Origin: Salinispira sp.
Lineage (GTDB): Bacteria; Spirochaetota; Spirochaetia; DSM-27196; Salinispiraceae
NCBI GenBank assembly: GCA_965226555.1
Contig: CBDDDG010000010.1
Coordinates: 352,001-416,000, forward strand
DNA: 64,000 bases
Reading direction: 5' to 3'
Both the position numbers and the translations under genes were made by a program. Position 1 is the first letter of the stretch. Every line of letters starts with the position of its first letter. The notes beneath the pieces are model-generated. The model saw nothing but the letters and a program-made list of their open reading frames with translations. It had not been told where the DNA came from and did no database searches. Below, one piece after another: positions 52,032-60,383 of this stretch.

Positions 52032-52475
52032 TTTCATAACCCATAGCCCGTAGCGGCTATTGAAACGCGGCAATTCAACTCAGGCAGGCGCGGGGCTGGT
52101 CGCGCCTGCCTTTTTTCGATCAAGTGACGGCGTTGCGCGCCTGCACGCCCAAGCATCCGGCTCGCCATGCGGCGGGATCAGGTTAATATCCCAAAATAAT
52201 AAAACTTTTTACAAAAATTTCCCATTTTGTCATACACTATTCATATTTTACCCGTCTATATGGTATGGGGAAAAAATATATCGGTATGGTACATGACAAA
52301 AGCTGGAAATATGTTTTCGGGAATGCTCAGATATTCAGGGATTTCATATATTCATACTTCAACAAAGACCTCGCGCTGAGCATTGTTCCCGGGAGTATGC
52401 TGAGCATCAACCCTGAATTTATCCACAAAGGCGAACTCAGGCATTCCATCTCCGATGTCATTTACAAAACTACGT

Positions 52476-53815
52476 GAAACCTTTGAATAACTCCATTATA
52501 TCTGCCGGTAGTCTTTTTTCCACGCAGAAAAAATTATTCATCGTTTTTCACGTTATTCTCTTCAGCATCCTCCGTCTTTTTTCGGCGCGATACGCGCTAT
52601 ATTCGTTCTTTTTTTCATCTTTTTTCAGTATTTCCCTCATTTCCGGCAGCAGTACCGCCATAAGGGCACAGCTATCCTGTTGTTATGCCGCAACCGCAGA
52701 GTTTTCCGGCGCCATGTTCCCCATTCGCCGTTTCATGCCGATCATCTGTTTCAGATTATACATAATCGCCATACACATAAACCGACTCTGATTCCTCTGA
52801 ACTCCCATATACCGCGCCTTTCTTGCGCCGCAATGGAGTTTGCTCAGACCAAAAAACCGCTCCACCGTATTCCTTACGCGCGACCGCCCGTAATTCGCCT
52901 GCTTCTGTTCATCGGTTAACGGTGTGTTCCGATACGCCCGCTCATGTATTTGATTCTCTATGCCCATCTCCTCAAGCATCGCAGCAATCGCTTTACTCCG
53001 GTACGCGGCATCCGCGTACACCACCGTCTCATTTCCCATAATCAATTCGCCAAATAGTTTGCTGTCATGAATATTGGCCGCAGTCACCAGCAGTTTCTTC
53101 GCCCGTCCCTTCTCATTTACCGTCACGTGTATCTTGAAACCGTAGGTTGTTCGTACCGTTCCATCGCCTCCCTTCTTACTCGCGTAGGCCGCTTCAGGAT
53201 CCTGTGTCGATTCTCCTGCGTCATTTTTTTTCTTCCGATGCCGCGAAGCCTGTATCACACTCGCATCAATTATGCTGACTGTGCCCCGGTGCACTTCACA
53301 ATCCTGCGTGTCCAACTGCGCATTCACCGTGTCCAAGAGCGCGCTGAGAATATTCTTACGGGTCAGTTGTTCCCGAAACCGCCATATCGTGGAATGATCG
53401 GGAGTTTCGTCGAGAACATTGAGCCCCACAAAACGCTTGTATGCCAAGTCGCAGGCAAGCGCATTTTCCATGCCTTCATCGCTGAGATTCTGCCACGATT
53501 GCAGCAACAGCACTTTGAACATCATAACCGGATGATATCCTTTCGCGCCCATCGATTTGTTGTTGATAGCACAGAGCATCTCCCCAATTTCCTTCCAATT
53601 GATCAGTTCATACAGGCTATCGAAGCGTTTCAGCGCTTTACTTTCCTGAATACCCTGATTGATCAGCGATCCATGATGTTCTTTCCAATTATTTCCCATT
53701 GTGTTCTCCTGTTTCAGCGCCGGACAGCGCGCAATACAACCCGATTGCTCATTCCCAGCTCTCTGTGTGAATTTTCTTCAAAATACCATTATTCCCGATG
53801 ATGTGCAAAGGTTTC
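52476..53815 (-). mobile_element. IS5-family insertion sequence, 1340 bp
   Basis: Terminal IRs GAAACCTTTG / CAAAGGTTTC; TACGT duplicated at 52471-52475 and 53816-53820. Confidence 0.9.
52683..53699 (-). CDS. IS5-family DDE transposase
   Basis: MFKVLLLQSW.NLSD, PDHSTIWRFR, IIDAS, YGFKIH, YADAAY, R..VER.FG..K. Confidence 0.93.
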   Translation of the reverse strand: MGNNWKEHHGSLINQGIQESKALKRFDSLYELINWKEIGEMLCAINNKSMGAKGYHPVMMFKVLLLQSWQNLSDEGMENALACDLAYKRFVGLNVLDETPDHSTIWRFREQLTRKNILSALLDTVNAQLDTQDCEVHRGTVSIIDASVIQASRHRKKKNDAGESTQDPEAAYASKKGGDGTVRTTYGFKIHVTVNEKGRAKKLLVTAANIHDSKLFGELIMGNETVVYADAAYRSKAIAAMLEEMGIENQIHERAYRNTPLTDEQKQANYGRSRVRNTVERFFGLSKLHCGARKARYMGVQRNQSRFMCMAIMYNLKQMIGMKRRMGNMAPENSAVAA

Positions 53816-53875
53816 TACGTGCCGTTTCAAAGATAGCGCGCGGAAACCGAAACCGCTCGATGTCTACTTTATCAC

Positions 53876-54000
53876 CAAAGTTTTGCCACAGGCAAAACTT
53901 TCTAAAAATAGGAGAATGCTAAGCACAAAGAAAGCATTTCGAATCTGAAACTTTTGCTACTGGAAATTGCGCACGCGCAATTTTCCAATGCAAAAGTTTT
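53876..54000 (+). repeat. Composite palindromic element P10 inside rpn type B
   Basis: Short hairpin + spacer 1 + long hairpin; separates YFI from IEFQS codons. Confidence 0.9.
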
Positions 54001-54110
54001 GTATTGAATTTCAGTCGACAGTGGATAACACCATGCCAGGGAGAATATACACATACGCCCAGCGCTTATCCGAACGCATTTCCTCATCGGGAAAGAAGAA
54101 AACCGATAAT

Positions 54111-54209
54111 AAAGTTTTGCCTCAGGCAAAACTTTCTATACCTTGAGAGAATCAAGAGTATAGATGAGAGAATCCTTATTTGAAAATTTTGCAGAGCAAA
54201 ATTTTCAGT
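54111..54209 (+). repeat. Composite palindromic element P11 (spacer type 2) inside rpn type B
   Basis: AAAGTTTTGCCTCAGGCAAAACTTT...TGAAAATTTTGCAGAGCAAAATTTTCA. Confidence 0.85.
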
Positions 54210-54505
54210 TACCGGATAATCACCCTTGTGATATACACCTGCTCGGGAGCGCCAATGATCAATTCTGACCCGCGCACGATCGATTTTCTGTCATTACCAT
54301 ACACAAGCAGTCTGATATCAGAATATTTTCAGATCAATGTTGAGAATTTCAGCAACGAGGAACTAATTTCCGTCGGCGGAGTCATTTCAGCGATAATGTA
54401 TATTGAGAATCTTGGAACAATAGAAGAATACACAGAAGAAACAATCGTCATCCTCAACAATATGATACAGAATAAGATGTCCGAAGATAAAGATGTATTA
54501 TATGA

Positions 54506-54630
54506 CAAAGTTTTGCCTCAGGCAAAACTTTCTATAAAGTGCGAGAATGCTCCGCACATAAAAGTATTCCAAATGAGAAACTTTTGCTACTGGAAATTGT
54601 GCAAGCACAATTTTCCAATGCAAAAGTTTC
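54506..54630 (+). repeat. Composite palindromic element P12 joining rpn type B to the L4 leader
   Basis: Short hairpin + spacer 1 variant + long hairpin. Confidence 0.9.
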
Positions 54631-54657
54631 TGTCATGAACTTTCAGGAGGAATTATC

Positions 54658-56409
54658 ATGAAAATTAATTTTGATTTTATCCGTTTACCAAAAATTGTTT
54701 TTGCGTTTACGGTTTGTTCTGTGTTTATTGCGCTGCTTGCCGGATGTCCGATGCCGGATTCGCCCCCTGCCATGTTCGCGCCGACCCTCGAAGCGGGGAA
54801 TGGACAACTGACTGCCACATGGGTCGAGCTGGCAGCTATATGGAATGCGGTAGACGACAAGGATGGCAAAAACGTCATTACCTCGTATAATCTGCGTTAC
54901 AGTGAAGTTGGTAGTGGAAGCTGGACGGAGATCACCTCCGGTATTACCGGCGCAAGCCATACCATTACCGAGCTGATAAACGGCGTCAGTTACTCCGTGC
55001 AGGTGCGCGCCGTCAACGCTGGGGGCAGGGGTGCGTGGTCAGCATCGTCCAAGGAAACGCCTCTTGCTTCCCTTCCTGCCGCGCTGGCTGCTCCCACCCT
55101 TGTTGCGGGAGACGGTCAACTGACCGTTACATGGACAGCGCCGACTGATACCGGCGGCAGCGACATTAGCGCATACCACCTGCGCTATAGGGAATATGGC
55201 AGCGGAAGCTGGGAAATTATTACCGAAGGCATTGACGGTACAAGCCATGTCATTAGCGACCTGACAAACGGCACTGTCTATGAGGTACAGGCGCGAGCGA
55301 TCAACGCGGACGGAGGAATTGGCGCATGGTCGGAATCTGCCGTTTCAACTCTCCCTGCCCTTGCCACTGTTCCTGACGCGCCGGCTGCCCCAACCCTTTA
55401 TGCGGGCACTGGGCGGATCGTTGCGAGATGGTCTGCACCGGAAAATAACGGCAGCACCATTACCGGGTATGAGCTGCGATATCGCATAGGCGGCGGAGCA
55501 TGGACGGAAATTACCGAAGGCATCACCGGTACATACCACAGCATTACCGGGCTCACAAACGGCTCCCCCTACGGAGTACAGGCGCGTGCCGTCAATGCAG
55601 TCGGCGCTGGACCATGGTCTCCATTTACAATAGGAAGGCCGCTACTACTAAGGACACAGACTCCTGCGGGTACGGCAAGGGTTGTAAGCCTTTCGGATGC
55701 CGTTAATGTTATTATTGCCAGTGAGAACCTCAGCGTTTCTTTGACGACGGGCACTCACGCGGTCAATGGAGGAGACCTTATGGTAACCACCGTAACTCCG
55801 CCCGGAACAGTCACCCCGCCGATAGTTGATGCGAGTACCGGACTTGTTACGGTTACCGCAAGTACAACGGCAGGAACATATCTGGTATATGGCACTACTG
55901 GAACCGGAGATACACTCCTGTTTGCCGAATATTTCTACGTTACTGTGACTCCTCACGATGGCGATGGTAGTGCTGGTGTTGCTAATACTGATGGCGGTAA
56001 CGATGAACTGGACGCCGCGGTAGCTACGGGGATATCAACATGGGGCAATACTGGCGATTTCAACTACATTATTACCACGGCAGTAACGGATATGACCGAG
56101 GTTTTCTCAGGTAAATCCACATTCAATGGCGATATTTCCGGCTGGGATGTCAGCTCGGTAACGACTATGAACAGTATGTTCCAGTTTGCATCCGTTTTCA
56201 ATATCGATATCTCCGACTGGGATGTCAGTTCGGTAACGAATATGACCGGTATGTTCAATTTAGCAACTGCATTCAATCAAGATCTTGAGGAGTGGAAGGA
56301 TCATTGGACACTTGATGTCAATGGCAAATATACCGGAGTCAAAACCAATATGTTTAAGGATTCCCGCGTAATAGCTACCGGGGGTGTTGGTATGCCGTCA
56401 TGGTATTAG
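54658..56409 (+). CDS. Surface lipoprotein L4: 3 FN3 + 3 DUF285 repeats (intact)
   Basis: AGGAGG RBS, lipobox LLAGC, FN3 motifs, PSWY end; 5' half nearly identical to L3. Confidence 0.92.
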   Translation: MKINFDFIRLPKIVFAFTVCSVFIALLAGCPMPDSPPAMFAPTLEAGNGQLTATWVELAAIWNAVDDKDGKNVITSYNLRYSEVGSGSWTEITSGITGASHTITELINGVSYSVQVRAVNAGGRGAWSASSKETPLASLPAALAAPTLVAGDGQLTVTWTAPTDTGGSDISAYHLRYREYGSGSWEIITEGIDGTSHVISDLTNGTVYEVQARAINADGGIGAWSESAVSTLPALATVPDAPAAPTLYAGTGRIVARWSAPENNGSTITGYELRYRIGGGAWTEITEGITGTYHSITGLTNGSPYGVQARAVNAVGAGPWSPFTIGRPLLLRTQTPAGTARVVSLSDAVNVIIASENLSVSLTTGTHAVNGGDLMVTTVTPPGTVTPPIVDASTGLVTVTASTTAGTYLVYGTTGTGDTLLFAEYFYVTVTPHDGDGSAGVANTDGGNDELDAAVATGISTWGNTGDFNYIITTAVTDMTEVFSGKSTFNGDISGWDVSSVTTMNSMFQFASVFNIDISDWDVSSVTNMTGMFNLATAFNQDLEEWKDHWTLDVNGKYTGVKTNMFKDSRVIATGGVGMPSWY

Positions 56410-56665
56410 TTTCATAGCCCCCAGCGGCTATTGAAAAATGGCAATTCAACTCAGGCAGGCAGCGGATTGTTCCGCCACCTGCCTTTTTTCGATAAGACGG
56501 CTGGTCGGCGTTCCGCGCCTTCTGCTCGCCCAAGCATGAGGCTCGCCATGCGTCCGGGCTGATCGGAGGCTTACGCCTCCTGGGCTGGTCGGCGTTGCAC
56601 GCCTGCTCGCCCAAGCGTCCGGCTCGCCATGCGTCTGGATCAGGTTAATATCTCAAAATAATAAA
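56408..56665 (+). repeat. GC-rich repeat R downstream of lipoprotein genes (other copies about 52030-52205, 58305-58437 rc, 61545-61678 rc, partial 36988-37038)
   Basis: ATAGCC-N6-GGCTAT hairpin, CAATTCAACTCAGGCAGGC, GGCTGGTCG...CTGCTCGCCCAAGCAT...CGCCATGCG. Confidence 0.8.
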
Positions 56666-56720
56666 AATAATTACAAAAATTTCTCATATTCACCGTTCAT
56701 ATTTTACCCGTCTATATAGT

Positions 56721-56845
56721 ATGAGCAAAAAGTATATCGGCATGGTACACGCTGGAAATATGCTTTTGAAAATCCCCTGATATTCAGGGACTTCATATAC
56801 TCATATTTCAACAAGGACCTCGCGCGGAGCATTGTTCCCGGGAGC
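56721..56845 (+). pseudogene. 5' fragment of type B rpn gene
   Basis: Degenerate copy of 52265-52395 (MSKKYIGMVH...FRDFIYSYFNKDLARSIVPGS) with a small deletion. Confidence 0.7.
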
Positions 56846-57070
56846 GTGCGTCAATACACCCTATAATACAGGGCGAATTCAACCATACGCTCACCCCGCA
56901 TTCCCGAGCCCTCTCCCTCCGAAAAAAATTCACACATTTTGCAAATTTTTTCCAAAAACACAATAAAAAATGACAGTTTACCCGTCACAGATATAGAGGA
57001 GAGAATTCACCATGGGACCATGTCGCCATGGGAGCTCCCCTATTCAGAAAGAAACGTTCAGGAGGATTGT

Positions 57071-58170
57071 ATGATCGATTTCAAAGAAAAACCCACCCCC
57101 GTTCCCTACGACCAAGGATACCGCTCCCTGCTGTTCCAACCCGCAATAATGCTCCAATTTCTTCAACGCTTTGTCGGAGGCGCATGGACGAAAAAACTGC
57201 GAACCGAGGACATAACCATTGAAAACGGTACCTTTTTCATCGACCATGCGAAAACACGGATGGCCGACATCGTCTGCAAAATCAGAACTCGGGATCACAC
57301 GGGAGATGTTGTCATTTATGTGCTCCTTGAGCATCAGTCTGGAGTGGACAAAGACATGCCCCTCCGCATGTCGGAGTACACGAATCTGCTCTATCGGAAC
57401 ATTCATCGCTCCGGAGCAATTCCCGATGACTGCGAGTTGATATTTCTGCCCATTGTGTTCTATAATGGTACACGAAAATGGAAGGTGCCCGGGAATGTCA
57501 GAGAGCAACGGAAGCGGGAATTCCCGCAGTATCTTGCCCCCTTTCCCTACGATCTGATAAGTGAGAACGATTATTCTGCGGAGCAGTTGCAGCAGCGGGG
57601 AAGAATGTTTGCGGCTGTTATGTACCTTGATCTGTACTCGAAAAATCTGCTGAATACGGATTGGGACATTCAGAAGACGGAGAAAGCGATAGCAGAAATG
57701 CTGAATGAGGAATCGCTGGAGCTGATAGAGGAATTTGTCGGCGTGGTAGATTCTATGTTCGGAATTGTTATAGATTTAGATACGTTAATGAACCGATTAG
57801 AAGCAAAGTTTTGCCAGAGGCAAAACTTTCTATAAAATTGGAGAATGCTAAGCACAAAGAAAGCATTCCGAATTTGAAACTTTTGCTACTGGAAATTGTG
57901 CTTGCACAATTTTCCAATGCAAAAGTTTCAGAAAGAACAAAAGAACCGAGAGGTAAGGAGGTAGCAAAAATGTTCAGAATGAATGCGGAAACATTCAGAG
58001 CGCGCATTGCGGAGATGGGTCGGCAGGAAGGCCGCGCTGAGGGGCATATTGAGGAGCGGAGAAAAAACGCCCGCAGTATGTTTTTGGAAGGGTTGTCGAC
58101 CGAGGCTGTTCAGAGAATTACCGGGCTGAGCGATGAGGAAATGCGGACATTGCGGAACGGATCGCATTAA
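57071..58170 (+). pseudogene. Rpn/YhgA-like nuclease (type A, copy 1) disrupted by a palindromic element; C-terminal small ORF 57970-58170 intact
   Basis: AGGAGG RBS + ATG 57071; YDQGYRSL, ADIVCKI, YVLLEHQS.VD.DMPLRM..Y, PIVFYNG..KW; insertion about 57803-57929 relative to copy 2. Confidence 0.88.
57803..57929 (+). mobile_element. Composite palindromic element P13, MITE-like insertion in rpn type A copy 1
   Basis: Absent from paralog near 61100-61125; AGAA on both sides (57799-57802, 57930-57933). Confidence 0.88.
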
Positions 58171-58502
58171 TTGACGTTGCTCGGCCTGCGCGCTAAAACT
58201 TTTGAGGAAGCGGAATACCGATGTGGATAGTGGTATTCTCCGTCGCGGATGCTTCAGGGACTGTACGTTTATTCTGTCAAAACCCCGTCAAAAAGTTTCT
58301 ATTGTTTTGGGATATTACTATTTGATCAGCCCGGACGCATGGGCGAGCAATCGAAAAAAGGCAGGCACGGGGGCTGGTCGGCGCCCCGCGCCTGCCTGAA
58401 TTGCCATTTTCCAATAGCCGCTGGGGGCTATGAAACTACTACTCATACCATGATGGATACGCTGTCGTCTTGCCAGGTCCCACATCGGAAAAACTAAACA
58501 TA

Positions 58503-59497
58503 AGCCCGTGTGAGGGTTTTTTGTGTAGTGGCTTGAAAAAAGAGCACCTATTCCCGTAAAGTATTAAAAAAACCTTACACCAAACGGGAGGGAAAGGTGC
58601 TCAGAGAGGATTTTATCATAGAAATGTTCTGTATGATAAGTGATTGGATGAAAATGAATAAAAATAGTATGGAACGGTTGCGATCACGCGGGCCGAAACC
58701 AAAACTTGGCGATGATGAGGTGTTAACCATGGGAATTGTTGGTGAGTTTTTCGGTATTGATACCGACAAAGGTATTCATCGGTATTTTGTCGAGCATTGG
58801 AGAACTCTCTTTCCACATATTGGACATCGGACGGCCTATGTCCGTCAATCAGCGCATCTCTGGCGGATTAAACAGGAACTTCACAAATACATCACGCAAA
58901 CATTGATCTCACAGAGTGCTCCGGTCTATTGCGTTGACGGATTTCCTCTGCCCCTGTGTAATTTCCGCAGAGCGAATCGTTGCAGACTATTCAAAAGTCA
59001 GGCATCGTATGGATTTTGCGCGGCAAAAAACATGCATTATTATGGGTTTAAGGGACATATTCTGATAACCGCCGATGGGCTGATTATCGACTATACTCTT
59101 ACCCCCGCGAATGTCGATGAGAGAGAAGCGGCGGAAGATTTCTGTAACAGTATGCAGGGAATGCTTTTAGGCGATAAGGGATACATTGGCAAAGCGCCGT
59201 TCTTTGCGGAACACAATATCGCACTTGAAACACCCGTGAGAAAAAATATGAAACAGATACACAGCCCTGAGCAGATGAGCTGGATGATGAATACCCGAAG
59301 AATAATTGAAACGGTTATCAGCCAGTTATCAGAACGATTTCATATTCAAAAAATACGGGCGCGGGATATATGGCATTTCACATCCCGATTATGGAGAAAA
59401 CTCCTCGCTCACACTATGGCAGTGTATTTGTGTAAAAAGCATTGCAATTCATGGTTAGAATTTAGACATTTATGCGGTTAAAACCCTCACACGGGCT
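58503..59497 (+). mobile_element. IS982-family insertion sequence, 995 bp
   Basis: 18-bp IRs AGCCCGTGTGAGGGTTTT / AAAACCCTCACACGGGCT; AAACATA duplicated at 58496-58502 and 59498-59504. Confidence 0.92.
58597..59481 (+). CDS. IS982-family DDE transposase
   Basis: PKLGDDEVLTM, VDGFPLPLC, YYGFKGH, LGDKGYIG, RRIIETVISQL. Confidence 0.92.
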   Translation: MLREDFIIEMFCMISDWMKMNKNSMERLRSRGPKPKLGDDEVLTMGIVGEFFGIDTDKGIHRYFVEHWRTLFPHIGHRTAYVRQSAHLWRIKQELHKYITQTLISQSAPVYCVDGFPLPLCNFRRANRCRLFKSQASYGFCAAKNMHYYGFKGHILITADGLIIDYTLTPANVDEREAAEDFCNSMQGMLLGDKGYIGKAPFFAEHNIALETPVRKNMKQIHSPEQMSWMMNTRRIIETVISQLSERFHIQKIRARDIWHFTSRLWRKLLAHTMAVYLCKKHCNSWLEFRHLCG

Positions 59498-59532
59498 AAA
59501 CATATCTGCTTTGCTTCCGGTATATGGCACTA

Positions 59533-59853
59533 TTATCCTTGTCCGTTTTTCTGAAATGCCTGAATCTCATCTTCACTGAGATCGGTGTACTTATGAATAC
59601 GGTCTATCGACAGACCATCCTTAAGCATTTTAAGTACCTGCTCACGTTGGGTTCGATCATGTTCACGCTGGAGCTCAGCACGCCCCTGCTCAAGACCCTC
59701 AATCCGGCCCTTCGCAATGCCTTCCCTGACAAAGGCGTTGGTAATATTATATGTCCGCATACTGTTTTCTCCTTCAGGATATAATTCCCTGTCAATTTTC
59801 TCAAACTGTTCATACAGTCTGTTCATACAGTTTTGGATCTAGATCTTTGATAC
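59533..59853 (-). pseudogene. 3' part of a type B rpn gene; contains intact small ORF 59760-59533 (75 aa, RpnS-like)
   Basis: GAAGGAG RBS before MRTYNITNAFVREGIAKGRIEGLEQG...KMLKDGLSIDRIHKYTDLSEDEI, a typical Rpn C-terminus. Confidence 0.8.
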
Positions 59854-59854
59854 C

Positions 59855-59978
59855 GAAAATTGTGCTCCGCACAATTTTCTAATCTGGATTCTCTCATCTC
59901 TATTCGTGATTCTCTCAAGATATAGAAAGTTTTGCTACTGAAAAATTGTGCAGAGCAAAATTTTCAGTAGCAAAACTC
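59855..59978 (-). repeat. Composite palindromic element P14 (spacer type 2)
   Basis: Reverse-complement similarity to P11, with a long hairpin at 59926-59977. Confidence 0.85.
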
Positions 59979-60030
59979 TGTAATAAAACTTTCTCATATT
60001 CACCATTCATATTTTACCCGTCTATATAGT

Positions 60031-60155
60031 ATGAGCGGAAAATATATCGGAATGGTACACGCTGGAAATATGCTTTCGAAAATCCCCGGATATTCCGGAA
60101 CTTCATATACTCCTACTTCAACAAGGACCTCGCGCGGAGCATTGTTCCCGGGAGC
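60031..60155 (+). pseudogene. Second 5' fragment of type B rpn gene
   Basis: Near-identical to 56721-56845. Confidence 0.7.
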
Positions 60156-60383
60156 GTGCGTCAATACACCCTATAATACAGGGCGAATTCAACCATACGC
60201 TCACCCCGCATTCCCGAGCCCTCTCCCTCCGAAAAAAATTCACACATTTTGCAAATTATTTCCAAAAACACAATAAAAAATGACAGTTTACCCGTCACAG
60301 ATATAGAGGAGAGAATTCACCATGGGACCATGTCGCCATGGGAGCTCCTCCCCTATTCAGAAAGAAACGTTCAGGAGGATTGT

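Larger units (their letters stand above)
52265..54505 (+). pseudogene. Rpn/YhgA-like PD-(D/E)XK nuclease gene (type B), interrupted by an IS5 and palindromic elements
   Basis: Joining fragments gives HDKSWKYVF...SDVIYKTTCRFK...LDVYFI/IEFQSTVDNTMPGRIYTY.../RIITLVIY...AIMYIE, the Rpn motif order. Confidence 0.8.
58439..59524 (-). pseudogene. 3' remnant of a sixth FN3/DUF285 lipoprotein gene, split by IS982
   Basis: Removing the IS and one TSD gives YTGSKADMFSFSDVGPGKTTAYPSWYE*, followed by the family's conserved 3' hairpin. Confidence 0.75.

Noticed and set aside
56939..57070. Long N-terminal extensions of rpn type A (from 56939 and 60249)
   Set aside because: TTG starts without RBS; AGGAGG precedes ATG 57071 and 60384
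57811..57969. 119-aa ORF 57811-58170 as a real gene, and other short ORFs containing LLLEIVQAQFSNAK or FCYWKLCKHNFPMQ
   Set aside because: These are translations of the palindromic element; the supported start is ATG 57970 after TAAGGAGGT
49941..59978. CRISPR array made of the palindromic repeats
   Set aside because: Copies are dispersed, in both orientations, separated by conserved rather than unique spacers; no cas genes in the window
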